IMG/VR virus record: IMGVR_UViG_3300037454_000941
Location: 74,063 to 138,062 of that record
Direction: 5' to 3' (one strand)
DNA from: a virus
Lineage: Duplodnaviria > Heunggongvirae > Uroviricota > Caudoviricetes
Length of the DNA: 64,000 bases
Of this stretch, positions 26,678 through 35,596 are shown piece after piece (within the stretch, counting starts at the first letter, position 1; every line of letters begins with the position of its first letter). The translations under genes and the position numbers were made by a program. The notes under the pieces are model-generated. The model searched no databases. It was not told the DNA's origin and was given only the letters and a program-made list of their open reading frames with translations.

Positions 26678-27374
26678 CGGGATTCCCATCAGTGAAAGCG
26701 GGATCGCATATTGCAATATGCACCTGAAGCGGTTCGAGATCCAGCAGACAATTGATCGTGAAATCCTAGTGGCCATGATCCTGGCGGCGCAAACCGAATG
26801 TCTCGGTGGTGAAAAGGTTATCACCGTTGACCTTGCCAACGCGACTGCCGATACTGCAAAGGGTTGCTGGCTCGCTGAAAGCATCGCGAACACGATCATC
26901 GAGGCGAGCCTCAAGATTTCCCCCACGATTTGTATTAACTCCGATAACTTCGCTATCGTCTCCTCGGGCGTTGGCGCCGCTATCGCCACTCTCACCAATG
27001 GTATCTACATCCCGAACGGCCACCTTGACACTGACACCATGATGGGGCCAGATAGCGGTGTGGTTGGTGCCGGTTCTCTTCTTGGCGGTCACATCAAGCT
27101 ATACCAGGATCTCTACGCCAACGCTTCCTATGCCCTCGTGGGCTCCAAGGGGCCGCGTCAGGGTGAAATCTCGGATGCAGGTCGGTTCTACCGCATCATC
27201 CAGTTTAAGAACATGAACGACGTGATTGCCGGTATCGACCCGAACGGGACTCCGTGGGAATCCAATGATTCTTTCACGGATGACAACTCCGAACAGGGCC
27301 TGGCCTATCATGACGCTGTCAGTGGCTTGACTTTCGAAGACAAGAATTCTTTACTCGATGGAGACAAAGCATGA
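26658..27374 (+). CDS. Truncated, internally deleted paralogue of the MCP 3' half (open ORF or young pseudogene)
   Basis: 26733-27345 aligns by eye with MCP 20681-21438 at roughly 80% nucleotide identity, with three in-frame deletions and no stop codon. SD GAGG precedes ATG 26658; ATGA overlap with the next ORF. Confidence 0.85.
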   Translation: MNDHPCNGIPISESGIAYCNMHLKRFEIQQTIDREILVAMILAAQTECLGGEKVITVDLANATADTAKGCWLAESIANTIIEASLKISPTICINSDNFAIVSSGVGAAIATLTNGIYIPNGHLDTDTMMGPDSGVVGAGSLLGGHIKLYQDLYANASYALVGSKGPRQGEISDAGRFYRIIQFKNMNDVIAGIDPNGTPWESNDSFTDDNSEQGLAYHDAVSGLTFEDKNSLLDGDKA

Positions 27375-27550
27375 ATGGACCTATACTTAAACCGATGCTT
27401 CCGTCGATGACGTTTGACCAATACTGTGGCATGCGCTTGATGGAGATTGAATTCCAGCGTGTAATGGATGCGTTCGGTTTCGAAAATGAGACAGAGGATC
27501 TTTCCCCAAGGAATCTGAGACAATTTCCTGATTTTAGTCTACTGAATTAA
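27371..27550 (+). CDS. Small hypothetical protein (59 aa)
   Basis: MNGPILKPMLPSMTFDQYCG...FSLLN; ATGA overlap with the stop of the MCP-like ORF. Confidence 0.5.
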   Translation: MNGPILKPMLPSMTFDQYCGMRLMEIEFQRVMDAFGFENETEDLSPRNLRQFPDFSLLN

Positions 27551-27612
27551 AAGACCATGACCATACAAGGTGTTATTGTGGGTGGGCTAACTCAGTAGAA
27601 ATATAAGGGAAC

Positions 27613-27882
27613 TTATACTCGGTCGTACACAATAACTGTGTTTGGTAGATAAACATGCATTGTAGTGTAGAGATCTGATTTTGCATCATGATACTCATCA
27701 ATGTTAATTATCGTGTTGTCTTTCTTACAGGATTCTATATAAGTGTTTAGTGCCTCTGCGAAGTTGGCCAAATCTTGGGTAGATACGTGAACATCAACTC
27801 TAGTATGGTCTGGATATTCTGCGGATGCCGCTGGGTTATAATCGCCAGTATGAATGGCATTTGTGATGAGATCAATCCAGGG
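27613..27882 (-). other. Start-less 89-codon open frame continuing in frame after the TAA of the DCC-family gene
   Basis: PWIDLITNAIHTGDYNPAASAEYPDHTRVDVHV...VIVYDRV*; AT-rich, no upstream ATG/GTG. Confidence 0.4.
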
Positions 27883-28218
27883 TTAATGTTTCCCGCAGTT
27901 GCATCCGCCTCGTTTAACTACGCCGATTACTTTCCTCACGGGTTTCGCCGCTTTGTAGATTGCCTTCAACCCAGCCTTGCGGTATTTTTCTGGAAGAATC
28001 ATTAGGTAGTCGGTAATCTCGGGGAAGTCGGTCGCCATCCGGTCGACTGCATCGGTGCCGACATAGGAATTTCCCGCCGCATCGATGTACTTGAAGTCCT
28101 TGGCGCCGGATTCCGATGGGTAGTATTCTGCGCGATCCTTCACCTTTGCTTTGATCATGTGCTGGAAATTGGTGCAGATGGCACAGGTCGCGTCGTAGAT
28201 TATTCTCGGTAGGGCCAT
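27883..28218 (-). CDS. DCC1/DUF393-like thiol-disulfide oxidoreductase
   Basis: N-terminal IIYDATCAICTNF (DxxCxxC motif); C-terminal GGCNCGKH. Confidence 0.7.
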   Translation of the reverse strand: MALPRIIYDATCAICTNFQHMIKAKVKDRAEYYPSESGAKDFKYIDAAGNSYVGTDAVDRMATDFPEITDYLMILPEKYRKAGLKAIYKAAKPVRKVIGVVKRGGCNCGKH

Positions 28219-28219
28219 A

Positions 28220-29176
28220 TTAGTCACCTATCTTGACTTTGTATCCACCTTCTCTCGGGAGGGTCCCGAAGGAACCATCGGGATTGATTACGACGGTTTC
28301 GGTAGGTTGGTTAATCACGGTGCACTTTGGGTCCTTGCCGGCGCAGATGTCCTTGTATGGCATGCCCAATATTTCGTCAAGGTTGTCGGCGATCCGGTCC
28401 ATCATGTTGCACTTGGCATCTGACTGGGCGCACTTCATCGGACCATCATCGATCGTCGAGCCATCAAACGGGATTGACCGGTCGTTGAACGTGCTGATGC
28501 TCTGTACGTCATCTATCGATGCATCGAGCATCGGCTGTATCTCGGTCGCCCTGAACGTGAACGTTGGCCACTCGCCGTCGCATGAAGTGAGGAGCTCATT
28601 TGGATTGGATGTCGGTTTTGCCGCGGTGACCATCTGGCCATCGGCTTTCTTTACGACAAACAACGCCGGGATGTTCCCGCAGTGCACTACGTCACCGAGA
28701 TGGAATCCTTCCTGTTGCTGGCAACACTGCCCGGATGATTCAAGGAGGTACATTCGCATGAACTCCCTGCCCATGCCGCGTTCGATACATTCGTTGAGGG
28801 AGATGTCACCTAGACCGAGTCCCTCGCCCACCATGTCGCGTATTCCTTCCGCCGCCTGTTTTATGCCGTCGGTGACTTGTTCGGCGGTTTCAGTATCGTT
28901 CTCCGGTTCCTCAAAGAGGGGGCCGCGTTCGGCATCGGGTGCAGTCACGTTGCCCGAGCATTCGCCCGGCGCATTTTCGGTTGGCTGTTGTGCCTCCGGT
29001 TGACTAGCACCGCCGATCTTGGTGATGGTGGGCTTGGCACCGAACGGCGTAGCGCTGTCTCCGTAGTCGACGTAGATGGCATCTATGTCAGTCTCGGCTT
29101 CCAGGACTGGGCGGGCTATGGGGGCGGACTCTACGTTGCGAGTCAGTTCGAGGAGCTGGTCAAGATCGTCAATCAT
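28220..29176 (-). CDS. Acidic Cys-containing hypothetical protein (late)
   Basis: 318-aa ORF; SD AAGGGA; TATAAACT on the minus strand at 29207-29214. Confidence 0.7.
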   Translation of the reverse strand: MIDDLDQLLELTRNVESAPIARPVLEAETDIDAIYVDYGDSATPFGAKPTITKIGGASQPEAQQPTENAPGECSGNVTAPDAERGPLFEEPENDTETAEQVTDGIKQAAEGIRDMVGEGLGLGDISLNECIERGMGREFMRMYLLESSGQCCQQQEGFHLGDVVHCGNIPALFVVKKADGQMVTAAKPTSNPNELLTSCDGEWPTFTFRATEIQPMLDASIDDVQSISTFNDRSIPFDGSTIDDGPMKCAQSDAKCNMMDRIADNLDEILGMPYKDICAGKDPKCTVINQPTETVVINPDGSFGTLPREGGYKVKIGD

Positions 29177-29209
29177 CGTTGTTGTTCCCTTGTCGTTCTA
29201 GTTCGTAGT

Positions 29210-31078
29210 TTATACTCGGTACTGGGTTTCCGGGAGACCATTCATGGTGGCCGGCGCCATTTGCGGTCCGTATCCAGATTGTGGGTATGCCGGATGCTGA
29301 TATGCCGGATGCTGTGGGTAACGCATGCCTTGTGGTGGAGGATACGGCATGCCGGGGCGTGGGGCGTAACCCTGGGGATAATTTTGCCCATTTGGTACCA
29401 TGGTTGTTCCGATAGCGGCAACCTGTACTCGTTGTGCTGGGGGGATCATGGTTTGCCTGCCGGCTAGTTCAGCGAGACCGCGCTGCTCGGCGACAATTTC
29501 CGGATTCCTCGCAAACTGCAATGCCCGATCCATGTCGGCCACTTCCGCATCGGGGGCAAACACCGCCCGGATCGTGTCCGCCATGGACAGCTCCTCCTCA
29601 GTTCCCTGGAAGGTAGGCGAAGCGGCATGGAACACGGCCCAGTATAGGCTCGTTACGTGGTCATCATGGTTTCCTCCGGATGCGCCCCAAGTGTTCTTGG
29701 TTGGGCGAGTGAAGGACATTAACTCCATAATGGTCTTCTCGTCATGGATCAGCAGATAATGCTTCTGGATGTACGTCTTGAGAAGCATGACGGCGGTCGT
29801 TTTTGTGGCCGACGTGGAATACATGCCACGGAAGTAGCTGTCGTAGTCAACCATGTTCGGGTACTGGAGCGTGGCCGTCATTGTCTGGTAGGCGCGTGCA
29901 CCGGAGCCGCCGTTATACTCAATCGTGAGCGCGGGGAAGTGATATTTGCGGAGAAGTACCATGGACACGGCACAGAAATCTTCGACAGTCACACAGTTTG
30001 ACGAGAGTACGAGCACCTGTTCCAGCTTGCAGCTGGTCTTGGCGTAAAGTATTTGCAATACGTGGTAGTCCTGCCGCATGCCGTATCCGGTATCGAGTGC
30101 GGCAATGTAAACGGCCCCGTCGTGTTCCATCTGCTGTTGATTGAGCGGGCGGTTGAAAATGCGCAACTGGTAGTCATCCTTGATGCGTGGCGTGGCCATC
30201 GGCTTGTCGGGATGGAGATGCTGAAGGGTCTTGTAGTCGATGAGCGTGACTGCGGAACCGACGAACTCGCACATGTATTCCTGGCGGAACCGTTCTTCGC
30301 CGATACGAGCCTTTTCGTCGATGCCCCACTGTTCATCCCTTCCCGGAACTTCGTGCCACAGAACGACCGACCTGACGTACTTTGACTGTAGGTCGTGCGC
30401 GCTCGCGGTGCTTTCCTCCACGGCGTCTTCCCACATGCGGTAAAAGTGGTTCATCCCGTTAGGAGTTGACGTGATGATGACGCGCGTCTTCTTACCGGAT
30501 GATATCGTCGGGAAAACGGATGCCATGAATTCATCCGCCATGCCGGGTCGGAGGAACGCGAATTCGTCCAGGTACAGTAGGTTCGGGGAGAATCCGCGAA
30601 TACCGTCGGAACTGGACGCCGCAATGATTATGCGGCACCCGTTAGCAAACTGTATGGACATTTTGTTCCAGAGCTTAACGCCTGGCTGCAACCAGTACGG
30701 GAGGTTTACGTAGGATTCGCGCAGGAGCTGGAGTTGTTCCTTGGCCAGCATGAGCTTGTTGGCGAGCATCGCTATGAGCTGGTCCTCGTGGAACATCGCC
30801 CACCACAGGATGAACGCCCTGACGATGGTGGATTTACCCACCTGGCGACTCCACTTGTTGATATTGAACCTGTATTTCAGGAACCTACGTATGGCCCGAT
30901 CCTGGAACGGGTACGTCTCCATCAGTTTCGTGCCCTCGTCCTTGGTGTTGATATAGACGTAGTGCCTGATGAAGTATATTGGGTCCTTTGAACAGCGCTC
31001 GATTTCCATCAGTTTGTATGCATCTAACTTGACGGATTCGTTTGCTGCCCTCAGGTTATGTATCCCGTTGAATGGCAT
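29210..31078 (-). CDS. gp17: Terminase large subunit (T4 gp17-like) with Q/P/Y-rich C-terminal tail
   Basis: Walker A SRQVGKST, Walker B LYLDEFAF, STPNG, RFRQEYMCEF, nuclease DTGYG...QDY and NHDDHV. ATG 31078 lies 8 nt after TATAAAC. Confidence 0.95.
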   Translation of the reverse strand: MPFNGIHNLRAANESVKLDAYKLMEIERCSKDPIYFIRHYVYINTKDEGTKLMETYPFQDRAIRRFLKYRFNINKWSRQVGKSTIVRAFILWWAMFHEDQLIAMLANKLMLAKEQLQLLRESYVNLPYWLQPGVKLWNKMSIQFANGCRIIIAASSSDGIRGFSPNLLYLDEFAFLRPGMADEFMASVFPTISSGKKTRVIITSTPNGMNHFYRMWEDAVEESTASAHDLQSKYVRSVVLWHEVPGRDEQWGIDEKARIGEERFRQEYMCEFVGSAVTLIDYKTLQHLHPDKPMATPRIKDDYQLRIFNRPLNQQQMEHDGAVYIAALDTGYGMRQDYHVLQILYAKTSCKLEQVLVLSSNCVTVEDFCAVSMVLLRKYHFPALTIEYNGGSGARAYQTMTATLQYPNMVDYDSYFRGMYSTSATKTTAVMLLKTYIQKHYLLIHDEKTIMELMSFTRPTKNTWGASGGNHDDHVTSLYWAVFHAASPTFQGTEEELSMADTIRAVFAPDAEVADMDRALQFARNPEIVAEQRGLAELAGRQTMIPPAQRVQVAAIGTTMVPNGQNYPQGYAPRPGMPYPPPQGMRYPQHPAYQHPAYPQSGYGPQMAPATMNGLPETQYRV

Positions 31079-31086
31079 AAATAACA

Positions 31087-31096
31087 GTTTATAAAC
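31087..31096. promoter_or_regulatory. Palindromic late-promoter-like site GTTTATAAAC
   Basis: Contains TATAAAC on both strands between the divergent terminase and glycosyltransferase genes. Confidence 0.6.
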
Positions 31097-31160
31097 AGCG
31101 GGTTCACTGATTTTTTGAATAGTATGCAAAAATGGCCTTGAATTTTATTATATTTCATGT

Positions 31161-32015
31161 ATGGACTTTTTGGTAATCACGGCATTTTATGACGGGGGAG
31201 ACCGGTATCGAAGACGGAACCTCGTGGCCACTCTCGCGAATAGCATGAAGGTGTTTCCCGAGGCCCGCATTTGCGTTGCCGAGCAGAATCCATCGGGATG
31301 GTTCGACAGCCTGGGAATGGATCCCGAGCGGATAACCCACGTGACGCGGCAACTTGATGGGGGGTTCTGCAAGACAGCGTTGCTGAATGCGGCTGTCGAG
31401 GCGGTACCGGGCCCGGAAATCATAGTGATGGTTGATGGCGACGTGTTCCTGACGCCCGGGGTGGTCGATTGTATACGGAATAAATGGAACCGGGGGTCGC
31501 TGGTATATCCCTTCTCGGATACTATGTATCTGAATGAGGTCGATACAAGGCTGATTGTTGGGGGCAAGGAGTTACTTCCGGGGGAAAAGTACCACGGGGT
31601 CAACATCGAAAGGCAGACGGGCCTGTGCAACGTGGTTACCAGGGAGAACTGGATAAAGGTTGGGGGATATGATGAGGCGTTCGTGAAATGGGGTGCGGAG
31701 GATGATGCGTTCCTGGTGAAGTGCGCCCGGATTGTTGGCCCGATATACAGGAACACCGACCCGGGGTGCGTGGCCTACCATCTATTCCATCCACGGGTGA
31801 ATACTATGGGATACATGCTCGGGGACGAAGGTTACTTTATGAATCGTCTCAGGGAAGCATGTATTCGTTGCATGAGCGACGATGATCTGAAACTGTATGT
31901 GTCGGGAAAGGCTTCACTGGATGAACTCGTTGAAATATATGGGGAGAGAGGGGAACTGCATCCCGACACGGTATGCGTACAAGGGGAGGAAGTTAAGGAT
32001 GCAGTTCATACGTGA
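31161..32015 (+). CDS. GT-A fold glycosyltransferase (GT2/galactosyltransferase-like)
   Basis: DGD (DxD) in VMVDGDVF; VGGYDEAFVKWGAEDDAF; HLFH. Confidence 0.85.
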   Translation: MDFLVITAFYDGGDRYRRRNLVATLANSMKVFPEARICVAEQNPSGWFDSLGMDPERITHVTRQLDGGFCKTALLNAAVEAVPGPEIIVMVDGDVFLTPGVVDCIRNKWNRGSLVYPFSDTMYLNEVDTRLIVGGKELLPGEKYHGVNIERQTGLCNVVTRENWIKVGGYDEAFVKWGAEDDAFLVKCARIVGPIYRNTDPGCVAYHLFHPRVNTMGYMLGDEGYFMNRLREACIRCMSDDDLKLYVSGKASLDELVEIYGERGELHPDTVCVQGEEVKDAVHT

Positions 32016-32739
32016 CCTGCTTGTGCCGAGGTGGTACAGCAAATTCAACGTCCTGGCAAGGATGTGTGCGTCATCTGACCGGAGATCGTGCTGGTACGAT
32101 GCGGAGTGCGGCGACATGGTGGCGGTGCAGTGTGGTGACGGGCGGGTACTGGCACCGGTCGGTGCCGCGGAGAGGCCCCATTACCTGATTCTCCATGACT
32201 GGGACGAGAAGTATGCGCCGATGGTACGCAATGCGGTTCGGGTAGTTGCACTGGGAAGGTTCGCGGGGGTCCCCCGGGGGGCAAGCATATTGGAAAGTTT
32301 CCCCGTCCCGGAATTTCCACACAGGCCGGTGCATCCCGACAACAATATCCTGGTGGCGGGGGACTGCAGTATGCCGGGTACGTTCGATTTCATAGAGGAA
32401 GTAATGGGGGGCCTGGATAGGGAACTGTCCGTCACAGTGGCCCTGTATGATGGCGGGTCGAGTGGCACGGAGCGGCTCATTTCTGGACTAGTTTACGGGG
32501 AGACGATGTCTTCCTTCAAAAAGGTTCAATGGCGCAAGCGACAGTCATATCCCATGATAACCGCCCTTTATACCACCGCGGGCCTCATTGTACACTCCGG
32601 GGCCGGTGCGCGAGGGTTCCTGCATTCATTGGCAGTCATGTCCGCGTCGAGGGGCGCCGGCCTGATAACTCGGACTGGAGACAACGGGTTTATTCCGACC
32701 ACGATAGGGGAACTTATCGGGGCGATTGGAGAAAAATGA
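31999..32739 (+). CDS. Hypothetical protein, possibly a degenerate glycosyltransferase-associated domain
   Basis: Overlaps the GT 3' end by 17 nt; SD GGAGG before ATG 31999. Confidence 0.5.
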   Translation: MQFIRDLLVPRWYSKFNVLARMCASSDRRSCWYDAECGDMVAVQCGDGRVLAPVGAAERPHYLILHDWDEKYAPMVRNAVRVVALGRFAGVPRGASILESFPVPEFPHRPVHPDNNILVAGDCSMPGTFDFIEEVMGGLDRELSVTVALYDGGSSGTERLISGLVYGETMSSFKKVQWRKRQSYPMITALYTTAGLIVHSGAGARGFLHSLAVMSASRGAGLITRTGDNGFIPTTIGELIGAIGEK

Positions 32740-32784
32740 ATGTAAATGGAAATTTTACAAATCACCCAAATATGCACCAAACCT

Positions 32785-32825
32785 CAATATATGGTGTAGT
32801 TTGGGTTTTTTTCCACAATATGGTG
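32785..32825 (+). promoter_or_regulatory. Tandem NrdR-box-like sites upstream of nrdD
   Basis: CAATATATGGTG (32785-32796) and CACAATATGGTG (32814-32825) resemble the acaCwAtATaTwGtg consensus; further CACCAAAT...GGTG palindromes nearby. Confidence 0.45.
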
Positions 32826-32935
32826 TATTTTTGGGCACCAAATTTACGGTGCGCCGGACATATAAACCAGTTTCTACCCTATCACTTTCTTGGCATCATG
32901 CTGCCGGAAATGTAATAAAAATATAAGGAAAATGT

Positions 32936-35542
32936 ATGAATGATGTAAGCGAAGTCACCGAGGTGGTGACTGCCCCCAAGTTAGCAAAAGTAAACAAGCG
33001 CGACGGAATCCCACAGACCTTCAACCCGAGCAAAATCGAACACTCTTTGAAAACGGTGTTCTACGCGACAAAGACCTCGGTGAGTGATGAAGAGCTCGAT
33101 GAGGCGACCAACCGGATTATTCAGGAACTTCAAGGATACAACACCATTTCCGTTTCTGCGGAAAAGGTGGCCACTGCGGTAAAGAACGTGTTGCGCGACA
33201 AGTGGCCGAAGGCGTACGATGCCTATGTGATTTACAGAGCCAACCGCGACAAGATTAGGGCGACCAAGACCGACATCATCAAGAACATGCCTCTCCTTGG
33301 GACTCTCCGCGAAATCACCGACGCGAAATTCAAGTCATCCAACATCCTCCGTGACAATGCCAACGAATCCGGTGCTACGCCGGCGGGTGCGTACGGCAAG
33401 GTTGCATCTGAAACAAACAAGATGTACAACCTGTTGAACAACATCAACGAGAAGTACGCCCAGATGCACAAGGATGGCTATCTCCACATCCACGATCTCA
33501 ACATGTACAACCTGACTTTCAACTGCCTCTTCGCCCCGATCGGGAAGCTCTTGAAGTCGGGTTTTGATTCTGGTACAGGTTTCATTCGCCGTGCCAATTC
33601 TGTCCAGAGCGCGGCTGCTCTGGCCGCAGTGATTTTCCAGCTCCAGTCGAACCAGCAGTATGGTGGTATCGCATGCGACAACTTCGACTTCGACCTTGCA
33701 CCGTCTGTCGATTGCAGCTTCCGCAGCCATCTCGCCATCAAGCTGAATGACTACTACGACACGACCGGCGACGAAAGGTATAAGGCCTTTGCCGGCGACC
33801 CGGACAATGACAATGACAAGCGCAGCTGGCGCAAGCTCCTGGCCGATGTGACGATGAACCGTCCGCCTGAACATTACTATGACCGCTTCCCGAAGAAGTG
33901 CATCGAGAAGGCCATCAAGATGACCGACATTGAAACGCATCAGGCGATGGAAGCACTTGTCCATAACTTGAATTCTTTGCAGAGCCGCTCCGGCAACCAG
34001 GTTCCGTTCTCCTCCATCAACTTTGGTCTTGATACGTCAAACTGTGGTCGAATGGTCAGCAGGAATCTCATGCGTGCCCAGTACGAAGGCATGGGTGACG
34101 GCCTTACCCCGATTTTCCCGATTTTGATTTTCAAGCTCATGAAGGGCTATACCAAGTATGAAGGCGACCCGAACTACGACCTGTACAACCAGGCAATCGA
34201 ATGTCTCGCCCGCCGCTTCTATCCGAACTTTGTCCGTGTTGATTCCTCCTTCAACCTCCCGTATGTCAAGTACGAATACAAGGAAGTCGAGGACGCAAAC
34301 CCGACATTTAAGTACCGTGGCATGAACGAAGATTTTGAATTCGGCTACGGCGATTACAAGGCCGGTAAAACCACTGCATTTGAATACGATGTGGCCAATG
34401 GTGACTACTGGGAAGTCGTGTCCAAGACTGGCGACAAGCTCAAACTCCGCAAGATTATCCCGAACACCACTATCGCCACTATGGGTTGCCGTACCCGCGT
34501 CATCGGAAACTGCAACGGCCCGGAACAGACGACTGCTCGCGGAAACTTCGCGTTCCATACGATGAACCTCCCGCGCATTGCCATCGAGGCCCATATCAAG
34601 GGCAAGGACGAGGAGAGCCGCAAGAAGATCTTCTTCGAGAAGTTGGATGAGCTCATGAAGGCCGCAAAGGATAGCCTCCTCGACCGCTTCTGGTTCATTT
34701 GCAGCACCAAGACCTACGAGAACTATCCGTTCACGATGCAACAGGGCTTGTACCTGACTTCCGACGACAAGGAACACGAACTCACGGATTCCATTGCCGA
34801 AGTGATGAAACAGTCGACTCTCTCCATCGGTTATATCGGCATTGCCGAAGTAGTCACCCTCCTTACCGGGAAGACGTTCGGCGTTGACCATGACGTTGAT
34901 GAATTTGCACTTTCCATTGTTCAGCACATCCGAGACTACTGCGATAAGACACAGAAGGAAACACACCTTAACTGGTCTTGCTTTGCAACGCCTGCGGAAG
35001 CCGTTGCTGGCAGGTTCGCTTCTATTGACAAGAACAAGTTCACCACGGCGACTGCCGAGAATGATGCCGGCGCCATCTTGAAGCCTGTCAAGGGTCTCGA
35101 AGATGTCAATCTCATGCGCATCTTCGGCAAGGGCTATTACACGAACAGCCACATGATGGATTTCTCCCTGGATACAACCTTGGAAAACAAGATCAAGACC
35201 GAAGCTCCGTTCCACAAAATTACGAACGCCGGCCATATCTTCTACTACAAGCTCAATGGTGACTTGACTAAGAATATCCCGGCTGTCAAGGCCGCGATCG
35301 ACGCGATGTATGAAGGTGACCTTGGATATTTCAGCTGCACTATGGACTCGGACGACTGTTTGGCCTGTGGCTATCACGGCATCATCGATAACGTATGTCC
35401 GAAGTGCGGTTGCAAGGATGAGAACATGTTCGTCCGTGTGCGCCGCATCACGGGTTATTTGACAGGTGCTCCGAAAAAAACTATATTAAAGTCATGGAAC
35501 GATGGCAAACTTGCTGAGTTGGGTGATCGTCATAATATCTAA
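32936..35542 (+). CDS. nrdD: Anaerobic ribonucleoside-triphosphate reductase (class III) with ATP cone
   Basis: N-terminal ATP cone (VNKRDG...FNPSKI), LHIHDL, TMGCRT, FATPAE, YTNSH, Zn ribbon CLACG/CPKCG, glycyl-radical RRITGYL. Confidence 0.96.
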   Translation: MNDVSEVTEVVTAPKLAKVNKRDGIPQTFNPSKIEHSLKTVFYATKTSVSDEELDEATNRIIQELQGYNTISVSAEKVATAVKNVLRDKWPKAYDAYVIYRANRDKIRATKTDIIKNMPLLGTLREITDAKFKSSNILRDNANESGATPAGAYGKVASETNKMYNLLNNINEKYAQMHKDGYLHIHDLNMYNLTFNCLFAPIGKLLKSGFDSGTGFIRRANSVQSAAALAAVIFQLQSNQQYGGIACDNFDFDLAPSVDCSFRSHLAIKLNDYYDTTGDERYKAFAGDPDNDNDKRSWRKLLADVTMNRPPEHYYDRFPKKCIEKAIKMTDIETHQAMEALVHNLNSLQSRSGNQVPFSSINFGLDTSNCGRMVSRNLMRAQYEGMGDGLTPIFPILIFKLMKGYTKYEGDPNYDLYNQAIECLARRFYPNFVRVDSSFNLPYVKYEYKEVEDANPTFKYRGMNEDFEFGYGDYKAGKTTAFEYDVANGDYWEVVSKTGDKLKLRKIIPNTTIATMGCRTRVIGNCNGPEQTTARGNFAFHTMNLPRIAIEAHIKGKDEESRKKIFFEKLDELMKAAKDSLLDRFWFICSTKTYENYPFTMQQGLYLTSDDKEHELTDSIAEVMKQSTLSIGYIGIAEVVTLLTGKTFGVDHDVDEFALSIVQHIRDYCDKTQKETHLNWSCFATPAEAVAGRFASIDKNKFTTATAENDAGAILKPVKGLEDVNLMRIFGKGYYTNSHMMDFSLDTTLENKIKTEAPFHKITNAGHIFYYKLNGDLTKNIPAVKAAIDAMYEGDLGYFSCTMDSDDCLACGYHGIIDNVCPKCGCKDENMFVRVRRITGYLTGAPKKTILKSWNDGKLAELGDRHNI

Positions 35543-35558
35543 TAAATAGATATGAATG

Positions 35559-35583
35559 CCGGCCACTCGATGGCCGGTTTTTT
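35559..35583 (+). terminator. Terminator after nrdD
   Basis: CCGGCCA-CTCGA-TGGCCGG followed by TTTTTT. Confidence 0.75.
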
Positions 35584-35596
35584 GATGGATGGAATT

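Noticed and set aside
26423-27092. Minus-strand ORFs resembling those at 20737-20958 and 19934-21382
   Set aside because: The similarity is just the antisense reading of the MCP duplication.
26733-27345. MCP duplicate as a diversity-generating retroelement template/variable pair
   Set aside because: Differences are not adenine-specific (many C>T, G>A and T>C changes plus deletions), and no reverse transcriptase is present in the window.
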